Below are positions 39,430-52,461 of a stretch of 64,000 bases of DNA, in pieces. A program made the position numbers and the translations under genes. Source of the DNA: Hemiscyllium ocellatum. Taxonomy: Eukaryota. The DNA lies in NCBI RefSeq assembly GCF_020745735.1, contig NC_083440.1:31792468-31856467 (forward strand), in the 5' to 3' direction. The stretch's first letter is position 1; each line of letters begins with the position of its first letter. The notes beneath the pieces are model-generated. The model saw nothing but the letters and a program-made list of their open reading frames with translations. It was not told where the DNA came from and did no database searches.

Positions 39430-40186
39430 AAGGTCAAACTCGAATGCTGAATATAGGGTTAAAGGCAGGATTCTTGGCAGTGTGGAGGAACAGTGGGATC
39501 TGGGTGTGCAAGGACATAGATCCCTCAAAGTTGCCACCCAAGTGGATAGGGTTGTTAAGAAAGCGTATGGTGTTTAGGCTTTCATTTGCAGGGGAATCGA
39601 GTTTGAAAGCAGCGAGGTTTTGCTACAGCTCTACAAGTCCCTGGTGAGACCACACCTGGAATATTGTGTCCTGTTCGGGTCGCCCTGCTATAAGAAATAG
39701 ATAGAGGCTTTGGAGAGGGTGCAAAGAAGGTTTACCAGGATGCTGCCTGAATTGGAGGGCTTGCCTCATGAAGAAAGATGGAATAAGCTCAGACGTTTCT
39801 CTCTGGAGAGAAGGAGAAAGAGAGGAGACCTGATTGAGGTATACAAAATAATGAGAGGAATAGATAAAATCAATAGCTAGAGAATTTTCCCCAGGGCAGG
39901 ATTGACTGGTACGAGGGGGTCATAGTTTTAAGGTATTAGGAGAAAGGTATAGAGGAGACGTTAGAGGTAGGTTCTTTATGCAGAGTGTTGTGAATGCATG
40001 GAATGCTTTGCCAGCAGTGGTGGTGGAAGCAGAGTCATTAGGGACATTTAAGTGACTGCTGGACATGCAAATGTTTAGCAGTGAGTTGAGAGGTGTGTGG
40101 GTTGTTATTATATTTTACATTAGGATTAAACCTTGGCACAAGTTGTGGGCCAAATACCATGCCCACAATATTCTATGTTCTATGTT
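39430..40186 (+). mobile_element. CR1 3' fragment
   Basis: RT C-terminal sequence (GAGACCACACCTGGAATATTGTGTCC) ending in TTCTATGTTCTATG. Confidence 0.85.
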
Positions 40187-42177
40187 AAAGCATCTCATAA
40201 ATGTGAGTATTAATATCCACTTTAGCAGATTTAATTGATTCTCATTGGAATGTATCTGCCAAACCTTTAGCAAAACTGAATCAGCAAACAGTTTCAAATT
40301 GTGCACACGTCCAACACAAAACATTGCTGCTCCTCATTCACTTTTCAAATGCACTGCTCCATTCCAAATAGCAGACCACCCGTTCCCATTCATAGAAATT
40401 TGTTTCTGATGAATGGAAGTGGTTATTTCTGTACTTCTGCCATTTTTATTGAACTCATCTCAAGTTACACTTTGGAATTTGACAGTCAGGCCAAGACTGT
40501 TTGTTTTAAGCTTTATCAATTTTGACCAGGTTGCCAGCTCTTCATATTCTTGAATATTGGAATGGGACTGGGTTCTATCAGCCCTCTAGGGACAGGATGC
40601 AAGGTCATTAGGTGGTTAATAGAGTGGAAGATGATAACGGAAGGAAGGAGTTTCAGTGGCTTTCATATTTCCACCTCCGTAGTATTTTATTGATCCCAAA
40701 TTCGGGAAAGGATGGCCACTCAGGTGGCCAATGTAGAGTGCGTTCCCGCCAATACTGGCAGTTTATTAGCAGTAAGGTCCTCCATTGTGTGGGAGACCTC
40801 CCCCTGCATCCTAGTGACACACCTGGAGGATGTCCTTCCTAATGAAGAACCTTATGGCTCACAACAGGGTATCCCATCTGCACACTGGAACAGTCCCCTG
40901 TCCATGGTGGTGATCATTACGGGAACTGGAAATCAGAGTGAGTGAAAGAAGCCGTGAGGGCTAGAGTGTTCACAACATTCCCAGGACCAGGTTGGCAACT
41001 CCTACTGAGGCCATTAGTAAGTCATTGAGATCCCCCAATTGGTGCATGGACGATGTGTTATTCCTATTCCTAGTAAGAGTACTGTGATTATTGCTTTTTC
41101 AGTGCTATCAAGCAAATAGTGAAGTGTGGCCATGTGATAAAATCATTTACATTCACTGCTGGATACTTGAGACTTTTTTGTGAGAAACTTTATAATTCTT
41201 CTAAATGTTCTTAATGCACTTTTTGTTTCATACAATGGTGATTTTCTACATAGGATTACAGAGGAAAAACAGACCATTTGGCACAATCAGTTTATGCCAG
41301 TGCTTATGTTCTACTCAAGGTGTTTCACATCTTTCCTCATCTAAATCGCCCGTTGTAATTCTCTATTCCCATCCCTTCCAAGTGGTCACCTAATTTCCTT
41401 GAAATACATCTAAATTATTGATTTCAACTATTCCGTCTGGTCACATATTCCCCATTCTCATCATTCTTTTAGTGAAGAGGTTTCTTCTGAATTCCCTTTT
41501 GGACTTATTGAGGTACCGCCTTATATTGACAGCCTCGAGTTATATTCTATCCCATAGTGAAATGTTTTCTCTGTACCTTCTCTTTTCAAAACCTTTCATA
41601 ATTTTAGAACTGTCATCCTTCTTTTCAAGAGAGAAGTGAACAGCACAACAATTCTTCCTTGATATACACAGCCAGAAACTTGTGTAGCATTCTCATAAAT
41701 CATCTCTTCACTCTCTCTCATACATTCTATAATATGTCAACTCGAACTGCAGGCAATACTCTTAATTATAGTCAACCAAATTTTTATAGTGACCCTACTT
41801 TCAAATTTATCCCTTTAGAGATAAAACTTAGAGCTTTGTTTGCATTTTTATGGCCTTTGGAACACGTGGTGAAATTGTTAGTGACTGATGTAATTGTCTG
41901 AAATCCCTTTGTTTGTCTCCCTCACTGAGACGTGCATCTTTGAATAAGTGACCTGCACATTATTCCTACCAAGCTGTAACACCTTACGTTTATCTGTGTG
42001 GATCTTCATTTGCTAATTATTTGAATATACCATAAATTAATTAATGATCTCTTGCAACTTCTTGTAGTCCTCAGAATTGGCTACATTTCAACATTCCTTT
42101 CCAATCTGGTGTCATTGAATTGCTAATTTTTTTGTCGTAATTAGATGCAATATTTAGTTTGCAGTTTTACTTTTTTT

Positions 42178-42254
42178 TAGATTACTTACAGTGTGGAAAC
42201 AGGCCCTTCGGCCCAACAAGTCCACACTGACCCATTCCCCTACATTTACCCCTT
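42178..42254 (-). mobile_element. HE1 3' tail fragment
   Basis: TAGATTACTTACAGTGTGGAAACAGGCCCTTCGGCCCAACAAGTCCACAC matches the HE1 3' end. Confidence 0.8.
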
Positions 42255-43340
42255 CTGAGATAGGCTGAGATCTATCTGATACAGGGATATTAGTGAACAG
42301 CAACCCTCAAAAATAATAAATCAGAGGTCAATGTTGATCAGGCAAGGCAGAGCTCATAAGTACCTGAAATATGACACCGTCCCCAGAACGTATATGGTGT
42401 TTAGGCTTTCATTTACAGGGGAATCGGGTTTGAGAGCAGCAAGGTTTTGCTACAGCTCTACAAGTCCCTGGTGAGACCACACCTGGAATATTGTGTCCAG
42501 TTCTGGTCGCCCTGCTATAAGAAATAGATAGAGGCTTTGGAGAGGGTGCAAAGAAGGTTTACCAGGATGCTGCCTGAACTGGAGATAATGTTAAAGATAA
42601 TCCAAAGAGATTCGCCTATTTTAAACTAATCGAATTATGACCCGGGCCCCAAAAAGCTCCCCTACTAACCATTCAGTCACTTGCCCTGCCTTATATCACA
42701 AGAGTAGGTCAGGTTTGCTGCTTCTGTGATAGTTACATCTGCATATTAATGAAGAAAATTGACTTTATCACTTACCAAATTCCTCAACATCCAAGTTCTT
42801 AAGACCATGACTGTCCCACTTTATGTTTGGAAGGTTAAAATTTGTGATTATTACAATCCTATTATTCTTACATATAAATAAGATCTCTCCACATATTTGT
42901 TACTCAATTTAACTCTGACTACTGGGGGACTATTACAATTGCATCAAAGTAACCATGCCCTTTTTATTTCTGAGTTCCATCCACATAGCTTCACTGGACC
43001 ATCCCTCAGAAATACCTTGTGTTAGAACAGCAGTAATGTTTCACCACAAGAAAAAATGACTCCAATCTCCTTCTAGCTCTTCCTACTTCTGCCGTAGCTT
43101 TGATGGTGGGAGGGGCTTTGAACATAAATTATTCAATTTACTGGTGATGGTCAGTAGCTGAAAATAAAGATACTATGGGGGACTTGGGTGATGGGAAATA
43201 AAAGGTTACATTGTGTGGAAGGAAAATTCTGGATATAAACAAGAATTTTAAAAAACAAACTCCACTCTGTCTGCCCAGGTCTTGCCTACACTGCTGTATT
43301 TCCAGAGTACTTTCCTTTTATTTTGATGAGTTCAAGTTAA

Positions 43341-46300
43341 CATAGAACATAGAAAAATACAACGCAGTACAGGCTCTTCGGCCTTCGATGTTGCGCCGAC
43401 CGAAGCCTACCTAACCTACACTAGCTCAATAACCTCCATCTGCTGATGCAATGCCCGCTTAAATGACCATAAAGAGGGAGAGTCCACCACTGCTACTGGC
43501 AGGGCATTCCATGAAATCACAACCCGCTGAGTAAAGAATCGACCCCTAACATCTGTCCTATACCAACCTCCACTTAATTTAAAGCTGTTTCCCCTAGTAA
43601 CAGCTGACTCCATTAGCGGAAAAAGGTTCTCAGTGTCTACCCTATCTAAACCCCTAATCATCTTGTACACCTCTTTCAAATCTCCCCTAAACCTTCTTTT
43701 CTCCAATGAGAACAGCCCCAAGTGCCTCAGCCTTTCCTCATACGATCTTCCTACCATGCCAGGCAACATCCTGGTAAACCTCCTCTGCACTCGTTCCAAT
43801 GCCTCCACATCCTTCCTATAGTATGGTGACCAAAACTGCACACAATACTCCAGATGAGGCCGCACCAGAGTCTTATACAACTGCAACATGACCTCAGGAC
43901 TCCGGAACTCAATTCCTCTACCAATAAAGCCCAATACACCATATACCTTCTTCACAGCACTATTTACCTGGGTGGCAACTTTCAGAGATCTGTGTACATG
44001 GACACCAAGATCCCTCTGCTCATCCACACTACCAAGTAGCCTACCATTAGCCCAGTAACCCATCTTCTTGTTACTCCTACCAAAGTGAATGACTTCATAC
44101 TTAGCTACATTGAACTCCATTTGCCACCTTTCTGCCCAGCTCTGCAACTTATCTATATCCTGCTGTAACCTGTCCCATCCTTCTTCACTGTCCACAACTC
44201 CACCAACTTTCGTGTCATCCGCAAACTTGCTCACCCAGCTTTCACGCCTCTCCTCTAGGTCATTTATAAAAATGACAAACAGCAATGGTCCCAAAACAGA
44301 TCCTTGTGGAGCACCGCTAGTAACTGCACTCCAAGATGAACCTTTACCATCAACTACTACCCTCTGTCTCCTTCCAGCCAGCCAATTCCTAATCCAAACC
44401 TCTAATGCACCCTCAATGCCATACCTCCGCAGTTTTTGCATTAGCCTGCCATGGGATACCTTATCGAACACCTTGCTAAAATCGATATACACCACATCTA
44501 CTGCTTTACCCTTGGTCACCTTCTCAAAGAACTCAATAAGGTTTGTGAGGCACGACCTGCCCTTCACAAAACCATGCTGACTATCCTTGATCACATTATT
44601 CCTATCTAGATGTTCATAAATCCTATCCCTTACAATTCTCTCTAAGACTTTGCCCACAACAGAAGTAAGACTCACTGGCCCATAGTTACTAGGGCTATCC
44701 CTACTCCCCTTCTTGAACAAGGGGACCACATTCGCTATCCTCCAGTCTTCTGGCACTATTCCGGTAGACAACGACGACATAAAAATCAAGGCCAATGGCT
44801 CCGCTATCTCCTGCCTTGCTTCACAGAGAATCCTAGGATAAATGCCATCAGGCCAAGGGAACTTATCTATTTTCATCCTTTCCAGTATTTCCCACACCTC
44901 TTCCCTACATACCTCAAGGCCATCCATTCTAATCACTTGTGACTCAATATTCACATAAGCAACAGTGTCCTGTTCCAGAGTGAATACTGACGAAAAGTAT
45001 TGATTTAGTGTCTCTCCAATCTCCTCCGTCTCCACGCACAACTTCCCACTACTATCCTTGACTGGACCGATACCTACCCTAGTCATCCTTTTATTCCTGA
45101 CATACCTATAGAAAGCATTTGAGTTTTCCCTAATCCTACCAACTAAGGACTTTTCATGTCCTCTTCTCGCAGCTCTTAGCTCTCTCTTTAGATCCTTCCT
45201 GGCTACCTTATAACTCTCAATTGCCCCAACTGAACCTTCACGGCTCATCTTTACATAGGCCGCTGTCTTCCCTTTGACAAGAGATTCCAATTCCTTATTA
45301 AACCACGGCTCCCTCACAAGACCCTTTCCTCCCTGCCAACTGGTACATACTTATCAAGGACACCCATTAGCTGTTCCTTGAACAATCTCCTCATATCATT
45401 TGTGTTCTTCCCTTGAAGCCTATTTTTCCAATCCACGCATCCTAAGTCATGCCTCACCGCATCATAATTTCCCTGCCCCCAGCTATAACTCTTGCCCTGC
45501 AGTGCACACTTATCCCTCTCCATCACTAGAGTAAAAGTCACCGAGTTGTGGTCACTGTCCCCGAAGTGCTCACCTACCTCCAAGTCTAACACCTGGCCTG
45601 GTTCATTACCTAGAACCAAATCCAGTATAGCCTCATCTCTTGTTGGCCTGTCTACATATTGTGTCTGGAAACCCTCCTGCACACATTGGACAAACGCCAA
45701 CCCATCTAACGAACTCGAGCTACAGCTTTCCCACTCAATACCTGGGAAGTTAAAGTTCCCCATAACAACCACCCTGCTACTTTCACTCTTCTCCTGAATC
45801 ATCCTCACAATACTTTCCTCTACTTCTCTCGGACTATTAGGAGGCCTGTAGAAAACTCCTAACAGGGTGACCTCACCTTTCATATTTCTAACCTCAGCCC
45901 AAACTACCTCAGATGGCAAGTCTTCCTCCATCGTCCTTTCCACCGCTCTAATACTACCCTTGACAAGCAATGCCACACCTCCCCCTCTTTTACCCCCATC
46001 TCTGACCCTGCTAAAACATTTAAACCCTGGAACCTGCAACAGCCATTCCTGTCCCTGCTCTACCCACGTCTCTGTAATGGCCACAACATCGAAGTCCCAG
46101 GTACCAACCCACGCTGCAACTTCACCTACCTTATTTCTTATACTTCTGGCATTGAAGTATACACACTTCAAGTCACCTTCCTGTTTACAGGCACCCTCCT
46201 TCGAGATCGATGCCATGTTCATAACCTCCCTACACTCAAGGTCCTGTACACTAAAGCTACAGTCCAGGTTTCCATGCCCCTGCAGAGTTAGTTTAAACCC

Positions 46301-47005
46301 TCCCAAAGAGCACGAGCAAACCTCCCCCCAAGGATACTGGTGCCCCTCAGGTTCAGGTGTAGATCATCCTGTTTATAGAGGTCCCACCTTCCCCAGAAAG
46401 AACCCCAGTTGTCCAGAAACCGGAATCCCTCCCTCCTGCACCATTCCTGTAGCCACGCATTTAACTGTTCTCTCTCCCTATTACTCGACTCTCTATCACG
46501 TGGCACGGGTAACAAACCAGAGACAACAACTCTGTTTATTCTAGCTCTGAGCTTCCAACCTAGTTCCCTGAAAGCCTGCCTAACATCCTCACCCCTCTTC
46601 CTAACTATGTCGTTGGTGCCAACGTGGACCACGATCTGGGGCTGCTCCCCCTCCCCCTTAAGGACCCGGAAAACACGATCAGAGACATCACGTATCCTTG
46701 CACCTGGGAGGCAACATACCAATCGTGAGTCTCTATCGCCCCCGCAAAACCGCCTATCTGTGCCCCTCACTATTGAGTCCCCAATAACAATCGCTCTACC
46801 TTTCTCCACCCTTCCCTTCTGAGCAACGGGGACAGGCTCCGTGCCAGAGGCCTGAACCTCGTTGCTTACCCCTGGTAAGTCATCCCCCCACAAGTATCCA
46901 AAACGGTATACTTGTTCTTGAGGAGAATGACCGCAGGGTGTCCCTGCACTGGCTGCTTCCTCCCACTCCCCCTCATTGTCACCCATCTCTCTATAACTTT
47001 CGGAG
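43341..47005 (-). mobile_element. CR1-clade LINE, 5'-truncated, ORF2 nearly intact
   Basis: ORF1 SGNH-esterase part (IVIGDSIVRG...HVGTNDI, 46288-46986), APE endonuclease (NARS, ITETW, LDLVL, SDH; 45314-46306) and RT (QHGF, PQGSVLGP, FADD; 43416-45317). One frameshift near 45315 and a (TTCTATG)n-type tail at ~43341. Confidence 0.95.
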
Positions 47006-47862
47006 TAACTTCCCTTAATCTAACCCGCTGTTTTGTACTTCTTAACGGGTGTTTCCTGTTTCAGAATATAGGTTGCTTTATCGTGTACGTTCTCAGAGTT
47101 CAGTGTTTGGAGTCCTTGTTGTTTTAACCTGCGCTTGAACATATAGATCCCAATGGCTGAATATTTCAGGGCCTTGTCTGATCAACATCGACCTCTGATT
47201 TATTATTTTTGAGGGTTGCTGTTCAGTAATATCCCTGTATCAGATAGATCTCAGTCTCATTCCCTGGGATTTGACAGGTATGGTGTGTCAAATAGATCCC
47301 AGGAATTCTGCTCCATGAGATTTTTGTGTGAGAAAATCTCCAGTTCTGAGAATCCGACCTTGGATTGTGCACGTGTTGTGTCTGACTACTGACTGAGCGT
47401 TGACATTTTTGGCTGATGAATGTTTCGTTTGGCGATTTAGGTGGCGATTTATGCATTACTAACCCAGGCTGTCCGGACATTGGGAGTACATGTAGTTTAG
47501 ACGGTGTAGAGTAAACTTTCAAACTCCTTTGCCTGCCTTTTATAGGCTTCTGGTGGAGCAAAGCTCCTAATTTGTATCATTACGTGACCCGAGGCCGTGA
47601 TCTTGGTGCATAAGAGGAAATGTTCTCTAATCATTCTGCCTCTGGAATGTTCCATCAGGCATATCGTGTGAAAGATGTATTTACATTAGTGGGCTGCATG
47701 GCAGCGCAACATTAAACTAAATGACTGTATGAAACACAACCAAACAGAACAAGTGAAAGTATTTGGCTGGGACAGGAGTCGGATGTGGGAAAATATATGA
47801 TTACTGATTGGCCTTGAAGAAAGAATGAAGCAAACTCAAGGTTACTGCATATTCATTCGAGA

Positions 47863-47868
47863 TTTATT
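47863..47868 (-). terminator. Candidate polyadenylation signal of the membrane IgM transcript
   Basis: AATAAA on the minus strand ~430 nt after the TM2 stop. Supported by position only. Confidence 0.4.
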
Positions 47869-48295
47869 AACCATTTCAGAAAGCATTTTTATCCAAAAAG
47901 TTGATGTAAAAGCTAACAGAAGTGAATATAATGGCTGGTCGCCACATTGAGACGAGAACACATGCGCTGTGAGGTGGGAATTTTCTGTACATCAGTAACA
48001 GTCACAAGAAAGGGAATACAAAGGCTCATCAGAAAGGGTAGGCAACCATTCTGAGTAAGGAATAAATAAAAACAAAACAAATGGGCTTCAAACAACAGGG
48101 AAACTACAAATTCTTCCAACCACAACCATCTCAAAGATATCAAAGTAAAAACGAAAATCCATCAATAATTGTCAGTTACACACTGATAAACTGAAGTGAT
48201 CTCACTGTTAGAGTCAGCAACAGGACAGATTGCAGATTGGGAATTCAGAGACCTTGATAAGCAGATCAGGAAAATCAAAGGGATCCACAATTCAT

Positions 48296-48304
48296 TCACT
48301 TAAC
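48296..48304 (-). CDS. IGHM: IgM TM2 exon (VK-stop; cytoplasmic tail KVK)
   Basis: Strong acceptor tatctctcttttccag|GTT AAG TGA about 140 nt downstream of TM1. Confidence 0.85.
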   Translation of the reverse strand, partial: VK

Positions 48305-48443
48305 CTGGAAAAGAGAGATAAAGCAATGACGCAGATATTTATGATCAGGGACTTTCAGATTTAATGTTTATACAATGGTACACTTAGAGATTTCACAAAA
48401 CATATTGGGCTGCTTGGCGTGAGAAAGATGTGATTATTCTCAC

Positions 48444-48571
48444 CTTCACCAGAGTGACGGCAGCGCTGTAGAAAATACTCAGGAAGAACAAGGTGATGAA
48501 CGTGGAAGCAGTTGTCCAGATGTTGCTGTTATCATCCTCATAGTCTTCAATCCAAGTGCGATCTATTGAAT
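48444..48571 (-). CDS. IGHM: IgM transmembrane exon TM1
   Basis: Acceptor ttcatag|AT and donor AAG|gtgaga. (D)SIDRTWIEDYEDDNSNIWTTASTFITLFFLSIFYSAAVTLVK has the conserved antigen-receptor TM motif. Confidence 0.95.
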
Positions 48572-49049
48572 CTATGAATATAAAGCCGAGAGAACGCATT
48601 TAGATCATTTATTGATCCAGATCGATCTATGTGCATCCAAGTCATGTAATTAGAGACCATTACATCTTCATAAAGCAGTCAGGTATTTCTCAAGTGTGAC
48701 TCTTATCTCTATCCATCAGTGCATTATTGACTCTCAGCAAGAAATTACAAATACTAACTGCACATGTTCTTTCTTCATTGTCCATGTCAGAACGTTTTAA
48801 ATTATTTTTCTTTTAATCTATCAATTAAGGATATTATTATTTGAGGAATGCTTATTACAAATGATTATTTTAATTATATCATTATATTTTAAATATAGGC
48901 TGTGACAGCACTTTAGTTGAAAATTGTGGTCATCACTGAATAAAAGTTGAAATGTGATTCTCACCTTTATGTATTGGTGACCAATTGCTTGGCAAATCGT
49001 GAATATAAGTGACATCACAGTCAGGGCATTGCTTCATATTTTTGTTTGT

Positions 49050-50180
49050 AGGATCTGTATATTTATGAGTAAGTTTTTGTACATGTGTCCCTTAATGTAT
49101 TTGACCTACTGCTTGGTGTGTTTGGTTTCCCTTTAATGTTTGTGTATGTGGTTATGAGAGTCTCTTCCTTCCCTCTTGCCCATGTTGGAGTCTGTGCATG
49201 AATAAACATATTCCTGTTCCTTTACTGCTGGTGTGCTCATGTGTTCGTGCACCGAAATTTTGGTCTTTTCACATTGTGTCAGCATCATCATGCTAATATG
49301 CCGTTTTGTTGCTGCCTATGCTTATCTTGTAATGTCTTTGTGAGTGCTCACTTTCATTAGTGCTATCTAAAATGTGTGCTTCTGTGTCTGTTTCAGGTCC
49401 TACCTAAACTAGGTTATTTTCATGTTTATGCTTAATAAATGTTAGCATGCAATGTTATGTTTTGATGGATGTTTATATTTATATGATGATGTTTGCTTGT
49501 GTGGCAATCTTTCCCAAACCATCTCCTGAGAAGCTTGTTTGTGTTACTGTGTGTGAATGCTTGCTGATGCTTGTGCCCATTATCCTTACTTAATAAACGC
49601 CCCTCTATTTGTTGATCTATGCACTTGTGTGTCTGCATGCGAGACTCTGAATTTGTGTGTACGTGTGACATTGTATACATGCTGATCAATGTGGTTTGAA
49701 AATAACTAATTAAGCTGCCTCTGTCATCGTATGTTTGTGATTCTGAAAATGGGAAAATAATGATATTAATATTTATTTCTGTGCACTTACGTGCCTGTAT
49801 GAGTTGACATGTGGGAGGACATTTTTCGGAATTTGTATCTGTGTGTTCATGCGTGCATGTCTGTACGCATTGTGCTGTATGAATGTATATGTATTCATGC
49901 CCATTTGTGTGTTACCGTGTGTCTATATTTCTCATGGTTATGTGTGAGTACCCCTGTTCATTTGTGCAAACAATTTTCTTTCAGTGTATGTGAGTTTTTG
50001 TGTGAGCTTAGGTGAGTGTTCAAGTACCACTTGCATGTGTGGCTCTGTGCGAGTATGCGTGTGTGACATCTCATCTATATGCACATTTGAGTGTGCACAT
50101 AAATATGTGTCGTTACGTGAGAGCCCATATATGTGTCATTACAGGTGTATTTGTGATCATCTTTCTGTATCTGTTCTTAT
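49050..50180 (+). repeat. Cryptic TG/TATG-rich low-complexity tract in the CH4-TM1 intron
   Basis: Dense degenerate GTGT/ATGT motifs without a clear period. Confidence 0.6.
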
Positions 50181-51274
50181 ACCAGACTGCAATTTTTATT
50201 ATTCTAATTTATTGTTCTAATTTCAATGGATTGCCCATAATTAGATTTGACCTTGATGTTGTAGGAAACATTTCCCATAAGCGTTTTATGAGCAACTCTT
50301 CTGTTGCAGTGATACAATTTCTGTCTCTGAGAGAAAAGGCATGAGTTCAAATCCCCACTGCCCCAGAGATAACATTTCTGAATATGTTGATTAGAAAATA
50401 TCTACTTGTGTTCTGTATGTGAAACAAAATGATATCAGGTATTCGAATACCAGAATTGATCCCATGTGCTCCAGAAAACAGAGACAAAACTATCGAATTC
50501 AAACCGGGACGATGCAAACACCAGTTTTGGATTATGGGAATCAATGCTAATCATTTGTTAACAGAGCCAAGCGTGTCCAACGTATTTCAAAGGTATTATT
50601 TTGCATGGAAATGTTCAATCTTTGGACAGTAAGCAAGAAGCTGACTGTTCCTGTTACATTACAGAGGACATCTACCATGAAAACTCTGCACAGGGAGCAA
50701 GAGGACAGACCTTTCATCGTTCCCCTCCCCTCTGCTGCATGACAACTTATCTGTCGATTCTCTTTGGTGTGAAAGTGAAGATACATTCTGTCAACTCATG
50801 CGCTGTCGCAAGATCCCTGGCAGTTCCCCAGAAACAAAGGTTACATTCAAACTGTTCTGCACTCTTTACGATTGGTATGTTCCAATCAACTTTAATTTTA
50901 AAGTGTCTTAAATTTACATTTCCAATTGGCGCAATGTGGCAGTTGAAAACTGACATGAATTTAGTAAGAATGTCCAATTGGGGGAATCAAGAACACCAAG
51001 TTCAAAACTCGTGCTCTATCCTTGACATAAAATGGACATTGTCAGATTTTGTCACAGAGGGAATTAAGATGGATAAGGGACTTGGCGAAATCCTGCAATG
51101 AGTGAGCTTTACTCTCTCTCTGACCCAGGGTGTATCTGAGCAGAGAACATTAACTGCACAAGACACTTGTCCTAGACCTGTTAGTAATCCACTTTAACTA
51201 CACCGATGCAGTGTAAGTCAGAGTGAAAAACAACTAATTCAGTATTTACCTCACAACTGGAGGGGAAAAAAAAC

Positions 51275-51280
51275 TTTATT
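51275..51280 (-). terminator. Candidate polyadenylation signal of the secreted IgM transcript
   Basis: AATAAA on the minus strand ~40 nt after the tailpiece stop. A second AATAAA overlaps the stop codon itself (CAATAAAAA). Confidence 0.65.
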
Positions 51281-51316
51281 ACTTCTGTTGAATTATTAAA
51301 TGCAACTTTGAGATTT

Positions 51317-51697
51317 TTATTGACATGAATTAACAGTGTCCATCAGTGCAAGTGAAATGTTTACGAAACTCGGTTTACCGCTGGATTTATCGACTGTTCT
51401 GTTGATGATCTTCAATGGAATCGCTTCATGTCCCACCACACAGGAGTAAGAAGCACCGCTAGCCCACTCCTCCGCTGTAATGGATAACAGGCTGTAGATG
51501 AAGAATGAGTTGTTGTCACTCTCCGCCATCACCTCGGTGTTCTTGTAGTTACTGCTTGTCATTGTTTGTCCATTTGACGAAGATCTCTCGGGGGGAGAAA
51601 CCTCTCACTAAACAGGTGAGGGAGAGAAACCTCTGAGCGGAGATTTCTTCTGTTGGTGACAGGAGGACCGACACTGATGGCTCCAGCGGATTAATCA
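51317..51697 (-). pseudogene. IGHM: IgM CH4 exon plus secretory tailpiece, frameshifted
   Basis: Acceptor ctgcag|TG at 51697. Reads (V)[48 protein letters not shown] then TAA at 51551-51549. The rest ([11 protein letters not shown]...[43 protein letters not shown]) is in another frame. Internal donor for the TM form is AGCG|gtaaac at 51379. Confidence 0.9.
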
Positions 51698-52152
51698 CTG
51701 CAGAATATTTGAGACAAATATAAATCAACCAAAAACATCCTGAACCAATATCACAATTACACTAAATATTAAAATATGCCATTTTAAATTTGGGATTTAT
51801 TCACTTTCATTTTCTAAAAGAGCAGTATGGTACACATTCTGTTCAGTAAAAAAAGTAAAGTTTAATGTGAAAGTTGCCTCCATGTTTCCAACCCACAACA
51901 AGGGCATTCTGTCCAACTGTCATTGCTGATGGTGACATCACAACCCAGGTTTCTTCCCACCTTATCTGACTTAATCAGAATACAATATCCTTTGGTCCAT
52001 CTTTTTCTTAATCAGCTACTTAGCTATCCTGCCTTCAGATGCATCATTAATGCTCCCAACGGTGTTTGTTCATTACCAGTCAAAGCCTGCCATTGATGTA
52101 ACTGGATCTGGATTCCACATGGGATGCTTTGTGTTTTAATCTCACCGCTCAC

Positions 52153-52461
52153 CTTTCTCCTTGTGGATGGAGTCTCTCAGCGGAGTCGGTAGATTCTGAT
52201 GGTACACCACACATTCAAAAGTAACGCCACTCAGCCAGGCTTCAGTAGAAATGTCTAATTTGCTGATCACGCTGTCGGGATTCTGTCCAGGCTGGTCAGC
52301 AATCTCGGATTTCAGAGGCTTCTTTTCTTGTTTCCAGGTCACGTTGACTCCAGAAGGAAGATTGGACACAACGCAGGTTAACGTCACCGTCGCCTCCAGT
52401 AAGACTTGTTCTACTGGCGGTGGGAGGATTTTAACGGTGTTAGGGTGGCACTCGGTATCTT
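52153..52461 (-). CDS. IGHM: IgM heavy chain constant exon CH3
   Basis: Acceptor ttcatag|AA at 52461 and donor AAAG|gtgagc at 52153. Frame (E)[44 protein letters not shown]...[22 protein letters not shown] is open. Confidence 0.95.

Noticed and set aside
32610-40072. Octamer motifs at 32610, 38139 and 40065
   Set aside because: The number is close to chance for an 8-mer in AT-rich 64 kb, one lies inside a CR1, and none is near a V promoter.
50347-51101. ORFs in the CH4-TM1 intron (such as 50601-51101) as an extra Ig domain or long secretory tail
   Set aside because: No C-W-C Ig pattern and no convincing splice sites in phase with CH4 or TM1.
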